Origin: Heteronotia binoei
Lineage: Eukaryota
Length of the DNA: 64,000 nucleotides
Assembly (NCBI RefSeq): GCF_032191835.1
Contig: NC_083224.1
Coordinates: forward strand, 17,608,001 to 17,672,000
Direction of reading: 5' to 3'
Part shown: piece by piece, positions 23,161 to 34,900 of the stretch
How the letters are laid out: each line of letters opens with the position of its first letter
Numbering within the stretch: position 1 is the first letter of the stretch
Notes under the pieces: model-generated
Databases searched by the model: none
The model's input: only the letters and a program-made list of their open reading frames with translations
What the model was told of the DNA's origin: nothing
Translations under genes and position numbers: made by a program

Positions 23161-24274
23161 AAACCTTATTGAAAACCTTATGTAACAGTTAAATTGCATA
23201 TTGTTTCATCCATTGACAACCAACGCTATAAAGACTTAGAGGTAGCTTAAGGAAATTTATTTACCAATGTAATATGGATGATGTTTATTTTTTACGTTTT
23301 TAAGTTTTGTTTGTTAGTTAAAAATATAATGATAACATTGATTGTCATTGAAAAATTAATAAAAATTTAAAGTTTTAAAAAAAAAAAAAGCCAGGGATTT
23401 ATAGCTTTGCAGACAAGAAAGGTAGCTGGGGAGGAGGTGAGGAGACAAGGAGGTGGGGGGACAACACTGGAGATTCAGGAGCTGAGCTCCTGCTCAATCT
23501 GAGGCCTGCTTCTAGGAAAGGCAGAAATGCCTGGATGATTCAGAAATTGTTGCGCATTAGACAATGGGCCCAGCTACGGTGTAGAGAATGCTCCAGGAAT
23601 AATGAGAGAATGCTCCTGACCTTGAGAAAGGTGGCTCTACGCTGCAGGACTGGTTGTCTCTTCAGTTGTTACCTGCTCCCCCCACCCCCAACAAATGGCA
23701 CCTCTTTGAAAACCACTGTGGGGTTCACTCAGTTATATCCTGGTTAGATCCACAGAAAAGGTGTATTTGGGGAAGGCTGGAAACCAGCTCCTCCTGGCTC
23801 TCTTCGCAATTAGAAGGAAACTCTCAGTGCAGTTGTATTGTATGTATGTAGTTAGTAGGCTTATATTCTGCCTTTTCCCGTAGATGGGTTCAGGGCAAAT
23901 CACAACATCAATAATAATTAAAAACCTACAGATTTAAAACCAGAAATAATACAGTAAAATAAAAGTTGCAGGACTGGATTTCATGGGAACTTCTTGTATT
24001 TTATCATCAAGAGCAGAGAGTCAAAAAAGCTGCACAGCAAGTCATACGGGAGCAGCGGGGGAATCGTTCTTTGCCACCTTCCCCCTTAAAATATATTTGG
24101 GGAGAGGACGGAGGGGCAGAATACGGGAGGTCCTGGCAGGGGTAAGGTGAGACCAGCAGCTCAGTTTCGGCAGAAAGATCTTATAAAAGAAATGCAGACC
24201 CAGGAGTGAGGAATGCCAGACTGGTGGCTTGGCTTCTTGCATGGGTGCTGATTGAAACTATTTCCTTATTCCAG

Positions 24275-24394
24275 AAGCAGATGCAGAAGAGACAGTTGGG
24301 GAATTCCACAAGTTCTCTTTGGAAATAGTCAAGAATGAAGATGCTGACGAAAACTCTGGAGATGGACCACAGAGGCAGGAGGAAAGCCACGCAG
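24275..24394 (+). CDS. Gene 1 coding exon 5 (120-bp acidic linker)
   Basis: ttattccag acceptor, gcag|gtaaga donor, symmetric phase 1-1, homolog at 41485-41604. Confidence 0.72.
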
Positions 24395-24700
24395 GTAAGA
24401 GGAGGGATAAGCCCATTCCTTGCCAAAGAGGGGTCCTCCCTGAAACCCCAGTCCATGAGGAATGGTCAGTCAACAAAAGAAGGAACAAAGGCCTCTGTGT
24501 TTAAACAGAGAATCCACTGCAGGGAAAAGGAAAACGAAAGTGTGGCCTTTGCAAAGACCATCTGTCAGAGAATGAATGTCATTTCGCAAACACTAATTCC
24601 CTTAGGAGAGCAATTGCATAACTGCTTGGAGTACAGAAACAGCTTCCATCATAACACAGCCCTTACTTCACATCAAAGAAGTCACACAGGTGGGGAGCCA

Positions 24701-25247
24701 AGGTATTCCCAATTTAGGGAGTTTCATGCATCATTTAAAGGTAGCAAAGTGAAGCTACAATCCATTAGTGGAGCACAAATCTTGGGGATGGGCTCTTTTG
24801 CATGCACTCTTTCCTGGTTATGGGGTAAATGACTTGGAATGGGCAATTGTGAATGTTTCAGCGACTCTGGAGCAGAGTTTCAATAAAACAATATTGGCTA
24901 TGTATGATTTTCAAGCAGAAGTAGATTCTATGGCTAGAATGGTAATCCAAAATAGACATGCTTTAGATATAATTTCAGCACAGCAAGGAGGTGTGTGTGC
25001 TCTGATACAGGAAGAATGTTGCTTCCATATTGGTGAAATTCCTTTCCAAATTGGTGGCAATGCTTTGTAGGCATTCCTCCCACAAATAAAGGATAGGCCA
25101 GGTTGTGCTAATTTCACTGTAAATAAATCACTAGAGTGTTTTTCCCTGCCCAAGGTTCTTATCCCTTGAACAGACGCTGGCACTCCAGAAGCTCATACAA
25201 ACCTGCTGGAGGAACAGTCCCTGAATTTAAGGGCTCTGTACAAAAGT
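24701..25247. mobile_element. env: Isolated retroviral env fragment, internally inverted
   Basis: + strand: fusion peptide, heptads, IQNRHALDII immunosuppressive-domain-like motif, CALIQEECC (CX6CC). - strand: LSFICGRNAYKALPPIWKG (SU C-terminal motif). Absent from genes 2 and 3. Confidence 0.85.
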
Positions 25248-25430
25248 AGCCACAAACATTGGTAAGAGTCCCAACCAAGTGTCTCTGATGCAGAAAGCTT
25301 AACTGTACTTAAAAAGTGTATATTATTGTACACTTCAGTGTGCAGCAGGAGGAAGGCACTGAAATATTTGGATCGTGGATAAAACTTCAGGACCACATCA
25401 GACCTCCTTGTCTCTCTCTCTTTATTCCAG

Positions 25431-27145
25431 CAGGAGGTGATCAGAGGAATGAGGAGGATGAGGAACTGCATCATGTATCACCAGATGAAGTAACAATTGA
25501 AGATGTGAGAAGAAACGTCAGAATTCAAAGCAGGGCTCAGAGGCAGAAAGTCAGGCTCAGAGTGAAGAAGAGGGATAAATCCATACCTTGCCAGGGGGCG
25601 AATTTCCAGGAAGTAATTCACATGTTGCAGGAAACACACAAGTGCCTGGAGTGTGGAATGAACTTCTCAGATCAAACCCAATCTAATGTCCATTCTGGAA
25701 TGCACAGTGGAAAGATGAACCATCAGTGCCTGGAGTGTGGAAAGGCCGTGACTGGCAGAGCAGAGTTCATCAGACATCTAAGGACACATACAGGAGAGAA
25801 ACCTTATAGCTGCTCAGACTGTGGCAAGAGTTTCTCACAGAAACCAGACCTTCTTCAACACTACAGAATTCATTCAGCAGAGAAGCCCTTTATCTATTTC
25901 AAGGATGGAGTTATGTTTTTGGCTGGAAAAAAGTGTAAAATACAATTTCCAAAGCACAGCACAATGAAGGCATGTAAATGCATTCAATGTGGAAAGTACT
26001 TCCGATACAAATCACAGCTCCTTTTGCACCAAAGGATCCACAAACTGTTTGAATGCTCAGAGTGTGGGAAGAGATTCAGTCAGAGTGGCCATCTTCAATG
26101 TCATTTAAGAACCCACTCAGGAGACAAGCCTTTTGAATGCACACAGTGTGAGAAGAGATTCAGTCAGAGTAGCAATCTTCAACGTCATTTTAGAACCCAT
26201 ACAGGGCAGAAGCCTTTTGAATGCTTAGAGTGTGAGAAGAGATTCAGTGACAGTTGTAGTCTTCAAAGTCATCTAAGAATCCATACAGGGGAGAAGCTTT
26301 TTGAATGCTCAGAGTGTGGGAAGAGATTCAGCCGCAATGGCCATCTTCAAAATCATCTAAGAACCCACACAGGAGAGAAGCCTTTTGAATGCTCAGAGTG
26401 TGGGAAAGGATTCAAACAGAGTGGCGCTCTTCAAAAGCATCAAAGAACCCACACAGGGGAAAAGCCTTTTGAATGCTCAGAATGTGGGAAGAGATTCAGC
26501 CATAGTGACCATCTTCAAATGCATCGAAGAACCCACACAGGGGAGAGGCCTTTTGAATGCTCAGAATGTGGGAAGAGATTCAGACAGAGTGGCGCTCTTC
26601 AAAAACATCTAGGAACCCACACAGGAGAGAAGCCTTTTGAATGCTCACAGTGTGGGAAGAGATTCAGTCAGAGTAGCAATCTTCAAATTCATCTAAGAAT
26701 CCACACAGGGGAGAAGCCTTTTGAATGCTCAGAGTGTGGGAGAAGATTCAGCCAGAGTGGTGCTCTTCAAAGTCATCTAAGAACCCACACAGGGGAGAAG
26801 CCTTTTGAATGCTCAGGGTGTGGAAAGAGATTCAGCCACAGTGGCCATCTTAAAATTCATCTAAGAACCCATACAGGGGAGAAGCCTTTTGAATGCACAA
26901 AATGTGGAAAGAGATTCAGCCAGCGTACTGCTCTTCAAAAGCATCGAAGAATCCATACAGGGGAGAAGCCTTTTCAGTGCTCAGAGTGTGGGAAGAGATT
27001 TAGCCACAGTGGCAATCTTCAGCGTCATCTACAAACTCACACAGAGGAGAAGGCTTTTGAATGCTCAGAGTGTGGGAAGAGATTCAGCCGTAGTGGCCAT
27101 CTTCAAGTTCATCAAAGAACCCACACAAGGGAGAAGCCTTTTTAA
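25431..27145 (+). CDS. Gene 1 terminal exon, C2H2 array (17 intact fingers by manual count)
   Basis: tttattccag acceptor; repeated CxxC-x12-HxxxH with TGEKPF linkers; stop TAA at 27143-27145. Confidence 0.93.
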
Positions 27146-27289
<144 letters not shown>

Positions 27290-30200
27290 TAAACAGGGGA
27301 GAAGTCTTTTGAATGTTCAGAGTGTAGATTGAGATTCAGACAGAGTGGCGCTCTTCAAAAGCACTGAATAACCAATCCAGGGGAGAAGACTTTTGCATGC
27401 TCAGAGTGCGGGAAGAGATTCATTCACCATCTTCAACAGCATCAAGGAATCCAGAGGGCATAAAGTTTTGGAATAGAAAGGGATCCAATCAGTATAATTA
27501 TCTTCCACATTATCTAAGAACCCACACAAGGAAAAACCATGGAACTTCTTAGCCCAGCAGTGCTGAACTTGTTTGTTACAATGATCTGACAGAAACGTCT
27601 CTTTGTCGGCCAGGCTATGTATTCCATACAATTATTGCCACATAGCAGAGATAGAAACTTTAGAAAAGACATAGGTGTACCCAATAACAATATTATTTTT
27701 TACTCAGTAGACAAACTTACTTAAATAATGAACAACCTTTACAGTATTTTCGTTATTTAGAGGTCCTTGGAAACTGATCTCTCTTTCTTTGAATTACTGC
27801 ATCAATATCTGGAGTCAACTGTACATGATGTAACAATCTTGAGTGTGCTGGTTTGGTGTGTATCTGTAAGTTGAGAATGTACTTTTGATTTATGGGCATT
27901 TATTCCAGAACAGAGCTGTTCTGAGACATACATCGTTCCAAACATTTACATATTTTTAGAAGCAAAAGTCTTAAGGTGGGGGTAGTTTGGGCCCCAACAT
28001 TGGTAAAATTTGCTAATGTCAACTTCAGAAAGCTGATCCTTCTATACAGCATTACACTGGTCCTCCACCTGTCTGCAATTTGTGTGATTTTTAAATTGGT
28101 AGGTAGGAGCAGCGTGAATGTCCCATTTTCCCAACTGTAGTGACTCACTATGTGTCATCCACCTTCAGAACACCTCCCACCTTAGAGAAACTTCTCCTGT
28201 CCAACTCCCTTCTCTTCTATTTGGCATAAGTCTTCCCATTCTGAAAATAAATTTCCTCACTAAGTCAATCAGCAACTTTTTTCTCCTCCACTCTGAAAGC
28301 ATTTTTGCTTGTGAAGTAGGGTTTCTTACCCATTTAGAGAGGTTCACCCCAAATCATTCACATAGAATAGAAACTCTTCAAGGAACTGGATTCACTGCCC
28401 TCCACAGTAGCTGAATTGACCACAAAAATCATGAACCCTCCACAGATTCATCAGCCTCCTATCAATGACCAGACCTCCTCAATCTGCCCTTGTTTCCCAC
28501 CACCTCGGTGTGATGCGTCCACACCAATCCACTCTCCTCCAAATTCCAGACTGCTCCCATTCCTTTCCTTGCAGTTAATTCCCGCTCAGAGACCTGATCT
28601 TGTCGTGATCTGAGGCCTAGTGTGGGTGGCCTAGAGGGCAGAGAGAAGCCTGAGTAGGAGTCGATAAAGGGGCCTACATTTCCCCGGATTCCTGATGCCG
28701 CTCTGACTGGGTGGCAGAGATTTCGAGGAAAAAGGAGCCCAAGAGGGGGTGGGACCTGAGAAGAAAGCATAAATAGGCTTGGCTGGAAAGGGAAGTTCTC
28801 TCTGCTGAGGCTAGTCTGGAGTAGGCTGCAGCTGTGGAGAAATCCCTCACCCTAAGGAGGTGGTGAGTTTTGGTATTAGAGGAAGGGGGCATATAGATAG
28901 TCAGGTTAGGGTTGTTTATTTCTTTGCCACCAACCTTTACTGTTTCTTTATTCACTGTTGCACTCAAAGTCTTTACTACCCACCTATTGTTTGATCATTT
29001 ATTAAAAAATCTGTTGTTAAACTGCCCGGATCCTCATATCTGCTTGGTCACAGTTAAAAGGTATTTGTTAATAAGGAAGAGATGTGGGTTAGGTGGGTGC
29101 TCTGAGCCCTCCCATACAGACTTACCAGAGTGGTGGCAGCCAGCAGAAGGCCCTTCCTGTCCCCTGCTGTATAACACCTTCCACGAAGACACATATACAC
29201 CCCATGGTGCTGAGGTTCGAGCATGGGGACTAACAACTGGAAGATCCAGGTTCATAAGTCCAACTCTGCCATAGAAGCTGCTTTGTGACTTTGGGCCAAT
29301 CAGTCTCTCAGCCTAAGATACCCCGCACAGATGATGAGAGGACAAAAACATAGATGAGTTAAACGATACTCGGAGGAAAAGCAAGGAAAAGATCCCTGGA
29401 AAACAAAATGAGAAAATAAGACCAGCACTTTCTATCACCCTAAACAGGTGTATTTCTTCTTCCCACCCATGGATTTCCAGTAGAATGTTTTCCAAATTGG
29501 AAAGGTGTCAACGATGCATTTTATTTCCCTATATGTAAACATATAAGGATATCTGGATTCGTTTCAGATGAAGGTGAAGTAAAATTGTTAGAGGATTAAC
29601 ATTTTATTGTTGGGGTATTTTTTTTGTTATTTTGTATGTGTGCATGAGCCTGTGTGTGTGCCTCTGGCCCTCATGCTGACCTCTGGAGACTGTCCCTGCG
29701 TATATGGAGGAGATTCAGAGAGGCGGCTAAATAAAGGACGTTTTGGAGAATGTCAATTCAGAGAGTCGCTATAAATCGGAAGTGACATGACAGGTCTCAA
29801 CACACACATAGCAAATGAATAAGAAAGGACAGTGGAACTTGTGGGAATGTTTTTTTCCTTTGCCAACTGAAGTGTCTTTGAAACCAAGAAGCTCGTGCAT
29901 GTTTATGTGAGCAGAGAATGCCAAGAAACCTCTCTCCTCAGTTTGTAAAGACTTATTCGAATAGCAGGAGTAGCTACCTGCTTGTGAAAAACTATCTGGT
30001 CTTTATATTTCTACAACGTTACCTGATTCTTGTGCCTGTTCACCTCATAAGTCCTAAACCTGAATCCTACCTGACCATGGCCCTTAAAAGTGAAATAAAA
30101 CAGGTTAAGGTTTTGATTTACCATCTTCCTCTCATGTGCCATTATCAAACTAACAGCTGGGTGGGACAGGCAGGAAAACGAAGAAGAGGGGCTGCTCAGC

Positions 30201-31539
30201 AAAGAGCATGAGGGAATCCTGAGGATGGGTGAAATCATCATCCCATGCCACGGGGCACCTGTTTTAAGTAGAAACATCAGATGACTGTTTTAAAAAAAGT
30301 GAGTAGGAAGATTATCTGTACTCCCTGTTTGTACTCTCCGTTAGGGACACAAGGGGGATTGTGACATTTTTACACTTTCCCATTCAATACACACCATAGC
30401 TTTGTGAGGCAGGTCAGCTTGAACGAATGCAATGGGCCCAAGGTGACAGTCCAGTTTCCAGGCGGAAGGACCTTTGAAACTGGGTCTCCCAGATTCTAGC
30501 CCAGGGATTTCAAAGATACGGCCCACAGGTTGGATCCATACCCTTAAGGCCTCAGATCCTTCTTGCAAGCAACTGGCTCTTTCTTGTTCCCTTTGCTGGG
30601 GCTGCTGCTGCCACCGCTTTGCAACTGGCTTTTGCCCAACTCCCTCTTCCTGGTTCCTACTTCATGCGGGAGAGAACCAAGCCAAACCTCCCTTGCCTCA
30701 ATTGGCTGAGCTCTCCTCCTTTGGGAGGATGGGAGGGGGAGAGAAGGTGAAAATGAAAGGGAGTGCTTGTGCAGGAGAAAGAGTAAAGCTTGACTCCCAT
30801 GGCTCTTTTAGGACCAGCAAAGTTTTATTTCAGGTATAAGCTTTCATTCTTCATCATCTTTTCCCCCCCTTTTCTTTCAATTTTTGCATTTCGTGACCCA
30901 TACTCACTGTCCTGTCAGACTGTGGCCGTAGCTACAGATTGTACCACAAATATTCATGAGGGTCCCTTTAAAATAATCTAGATCCAGCTTTCACCCAGCC
31001 CCCTGGAGTGACAGGAAACTCAGCAGAGGACAATGTGTCGGAGTCCACCCCCCAAAGCATCCATGTTCTCCAGGGGAACTGATCTCTGAAGCCTGGAGGA
31101 GAGAAGCTGTAATGCTGGAGGATCCCCAGGCACCACCACCTGGAGGCTGGCATCTCTCCCTCCCTTCCCTTTTTTCCTGCTGTCAGCCACTCTTCTCCTT
31201 CCATGGAGGGGGGGCTTACCCTTCTCTCTCTTTCTCTGAGGCTGCAAGGGGGGAGCTCAATTCAGGGGGCGCACACAACACATGCTGGGGGAGGGGGAGG
31301 GAGGCACATTCAGCCTCCTTTCTGGGCATCAGGGCTCTGCTCTGTCGCTTCCCTCCAAGAAATAGGCTCCAAAACTCCCCACACAGACGGGCCCTTTTCT
31401 GCCTGCCCAGGCTCCTCTATTGCAAAAACAGCACAGCCTAGCTCCCCCTCCCTCCAATTGAGCCTCCCAGTCTTTCTCACTGGGCGGGGAGGCAGAAAGG
31501 AGCTGGTGGGAGCCACTTTCTCAGCCTTCCTTTCCTTTC

Positions 31540-31830
31540 CGTGGCTCAGAGTGGTAAAGCAGCAGTACCGCAGCACTGTGGTCTGAACTCTCTGCTCACA
31601 CGACCTGAGTTCGATCCCCGGCGGAAGCTGGGTGTTCAGATAGCCGGCTAGAGGTTGACTCCACCTTCCATCCTTCCGAGGTCGGTCAAATGAGTCCCCA
31701 GCTTGCTGGGGGGAAAGTGTAAAAGACTGGGGAAGGCAATGGCAAACCACCCCATAAAAAGCCTGCCGTGAAAACATGAAAGCAAGGTCACCCCAAACGA
31801 CTGGTGCTTGCACAGGGGACCTTTCCTTTC
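31540..31830 (+). mobile_element. Sauria-type SINE (second copy near 51718-52010)
   Basis: ctctgctcacacgacctgagttcgatccc...aggttgactc...ccttccatccttccgaggtcgg...ggggaaggcaatggcaaaccaccc. Confidence 0.75.
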
Positions 31831-32340
31831 CGAGATGCCTGCGCGGAGGGACTCCCGAGCAGCCCCACTGAGCCGCCTTAGAGGGCGTCGCTGCCTGCAG
31901 CCGGGCTGGAGGAAGCCCAGTCCCAAGGGAGGGGAGGGGGTGCCTCTACGGGGAGTCGCTGGGAGCTTTTTGGAGGGCTCTGCAGCCGCGAAAGGGTTAA
32001 AAGAGAGGAGCTGTTGGCTAGAGAGGCCGAGGAGGGGGCGGGGGGAGAGAAGGGGCGGGGCGGGGCTTCAGACAGGCCAGAGCAGGCAGAGCCCGAGAAG
32101 ATCCTTCTGCAGGAAGGAAGACCTTTGCAAGCGGGGTTGCTCTTCTCTGCCGGGGTCTCCCTTGCACAGCCCCCCGGAGGCGCCTGCCTGGGTGGGTGAG
32201 GGGTCTGCAGGGCTTGCAAGGCGGCTCTTTCCCGGGCGGCCTCTGGGGGATCGCCAGGCAGGTGGGAGGGGGTGAGGAGGGGGGCGCCCCCCAGGCCAGC
32301 CCCGTCCCTGCATCCTGCCCTGCTGGAGGGTGAGTGGAGT
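31830..32340 (+). promoter_or_regulatory. Putative promoter / first exon of gene 2
   Basis: Same conserved block at about 31965, GC boxes (ggggcggggcgggg), about 2.8 kb upstream of SCAN. Confidence 0.5.
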
Positions 32341-32447
32341 CCATCCGAGAGGGAAACTGTCTGGTATTTTAAGGGAGTTGTTGGCACTGTTTTATCTGCT
32401 AAAAGTTATCTGCATTTGTGGGAGAGGAAGCAGGATATAAGTTTGAT

Positions 32448-32638
32448 CAGGGCTTTTTTTTTTTGCAGCAGGAACTCCTTTGCCTATTACGCCACTCACC
32501 TGTGATGTAGCCAGTCCTCCTGGAGCTCACAGTAAGCCCTGTAAGAAGAGCCCTGCATGCTCTTGGAGGATTGGCTACATGGGGGGGGGGGGCTTAGCCT
32601 AATATGCAAAGGAGTTCCTGCTACAAAAAATAGCCCTG
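32448..32638. mobile_element. hAT-like MITE
   Basis: TIR cagggctttttt...gcaggaactcc; TSD agtttgat/aatttgat (7 of 8). Confidence 0.7.
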
Positions 32639-32856
32639 AATTTGATAAAGAGCCACCAAGGTGTTCTTGGGATGATCACCGTGGGAGGAATTTTTCATGC
32701 TGATTGGCTACCCGAAATACCACACAGTTGGGCCAGTGCTCCCCCCATCTGCACTTCGTGGGCGGGGAGGAGCATCATTTTTATTTGCATTAACTATAGA
32801 ACAGTGTTTTAACTCTGCTGACACCATTAAGACAAAGTTTTACTCAAGGTATAACC

Positions 32857-32993
32857 CAGGGATGGCCAATGGTCACTCTCCAGATGTTTTTTTGCCTACA
32901 ACTCCCATCAGCCCCAGCCATCAGCCATGCTAGCGGGGGCTGATGGGAGTTGTAGGCAACAAACATATAGCGAGCGACTGTTGGCCAACCATG
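32857..32993. mobile_element. Palindromic hAT MITE
   Basis: Whole element is an inverted repeat; TSD gtataacc/gtataacg. Confidence 0.78.
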
Positions 32994-33611
32994 GTATAAC
33001 GTTTTTGTGTGGAAGCAGGCTTCTTCAGAATCATCCAGGCTTTTGCATTTTGTAAGAAGGGCAAAATCAATCTGTGCCTGTGCTAGTTTCTTTGTAAGAT
33101 TGATGGGCTTCTGTTCCACACGGCTTAATGTGATGCCTTTCGTGAAGACAGATGCAGGGGGGCGGGTAGCCTCTTGCGCATGAAAGCTTTTACCTTGAAT
33201 AAAACTTTTCCAGTCTTAAAGGTGCCCCTGGACTCAGACTTTGTTCTGCTGCCTCAGACCAACACGGCTGCCCACTTGAATCTGCATTAATTATAGTCTG
33301 CCATTTAATGAGATTCAATGTAATCAGCAGGATTCAATGCACTATGAATGGGTAGTAGAACCAATGAAAAATCTGAAACACAGTACTGAAGGAAAACATA
33401 ACTATTATGATGACCCAATAAATGATGTAAAATTATATAGCTAACAGCAAACTATACACAGGAACATAGACTCCATTATCCAATAATTCATCCATGTAAA
33501 TTTGTAAAGTCATTTGTAAAGTGCAACTCTACTGCGGTGTTCAAAAAGCCCTATTGAATAATTAATATTAGGGTTTGTAGACTCTTTCAGGCTCAAGTGA
33601 AAGTTTTTCTT

Positions 33612-33652
33612 CCAGACGTTTCGTTCTCAGCTGCGGAGAACATCCTCAGTGG
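33612..33652 (-). ncRNA. Minimal type I hammerhead ribozyme motif in a Penelope-like element stub (insertion about 33570-33655)
   Basis: Minus strand reads CCA CUGAGGA U GUUCUC cgcagcu GAGAAC GAAA CGUC UGG: stem I CCA/UGG, 6-bp stem II, palindromic ACGU stem III, GUC cleavage triplet. Confidence 0.75.
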
Positions 33653-33839
33653 CGTTTGGGAGAAGCCAGGGGAGTGGGCGCCTTCCTGACCTCTTCAGGC
33701 ACACCAATTTGGGGTAGTAGTTAAAGAGTGGTGGATTCTAATGGTTGAGCGCTTAACAGTCCCTTTGCCCTGGCTCTGGTTTACCTTGAGATGTGCCCAC
33801 TAGACCAACTGATCCCCAGGAATCAGAAGTCACGCTCAT

Positions 33840-34365
33840 AATAATAATAATAATAATAATATAATAATAATAAATTTTTATTTGTACCCCGCCCTCCCCT
33901 GCCGAAGCAGGCTCAGGGCGGCTAACAATACGGTGACCAATGGTGCACCAACAATAAAACAGTTACATTAGAAACATTAAATTAAACATTAATTAACCTT
34001 AAAAACCTGATTAAAACAATTAACTAAAACATATTATAACGCTATCCTTGACGCTCTTCTAGTTGATGCTGATGGCGGATTTTCTTCGTTGTCGGTATAA
34101 TTCAGTTATTCATAAGCTAATTTAAAAAGGGTGGTCTTGCAGGCCCTGCGGAACTGATCAAGGTTCCGCAGGGCCCGCACCTCCTCTGGGAGTTGGTTCC
34201 AGAGATGTGGGGCTGCGGCCGAAAAGGCCCGAGAGCGAGTGTTCTGTAGTTTGATTTGTCTTGGCCCAGGGGTAGTCAGTCTGTTCTTTCCTACTGACCT
34301 CAGTGCTCTCTGGGGTTCATACGGGGAGAGACGGTCCTTCAGGTAGGCTGGTCCTCGGCCATATA
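33840..34365 (-). mobile_element. L2-clade LINE 3' fragment
   Basis: YGRGPAYLKDRLSPYEPQRALRS...RAFSAAAPHLWNQLP on the minus strand. Confidence 0.82.
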
Positions 34366-34900
34366 CATAACATCTACAACGGATTTTTAAAATAGTCAAT
34401 ACTGGTGTTTTTGTTGTCTGGAGGACTAAACAGGAATATATTTAAATGTTTGATATGTGATATAGCACAATGACATTAATCCTGATCCGCAAACTGCAAC
34501 ACGTGTGTATGTATGTATATGTGTGTGTGTGTATACACACACATATTGGCCACTGTGTGACACAGAGTGTTGGACTGGATGGGCCATTGGCCTGATCCAA
34601 CATGGCTTCTCATGTTCTTAAGGATACTCCTTCTGAACCACTGGGGTAATCCTTAGATGTCTCTTCACCAGGTTCAGTGATGTAACTCTGTTTTCTTTTC
34701 TTCTTGCCTTTCTGATATCTTTCCTTCACCCTCTTCACAGCCAAGTGAATGAGAGTGTCTTTCCAGAGTCAAAGGCAACCAAGAGAAAGGGGAAGGAGAT
34801 TGAAGAAAAGGACCCCGAAGGGCTTGGAAGTGGGAAGATATCAAAGAAAGGTCCCCATCCCCTCCAAGCAGGGAGTGGTGCTGAATTTTGGGAAAGAGCC

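Larger units (their letters stand above)
17434..23384 (+). mobile_element. Full-length L1-clade LINE in intron 4 of gene 1
   Basis: 15-bp TSD aaaaagccagggatt at 17419-17433 and 23385-23399, preceded by tt (TT/AAAA endonuclease site); AATAAA at 23358; poly(A) from 23377; two long open ORFs. Confidence 0.96.

Noticed and set aside
24335-24832. 165-aa ORF as a separate gene
   Set aside because: It runs across the fossil ZF intron and into the env insertion; the frame is not conserved in genes 2 and 3.
28601-29052. Possible solo LTR (TGT...ACA ends, TATA-like cataaata, attaaa)
   Set aside because: No matching TSD and no second copy in the window, so it cannot be supported as a feature.
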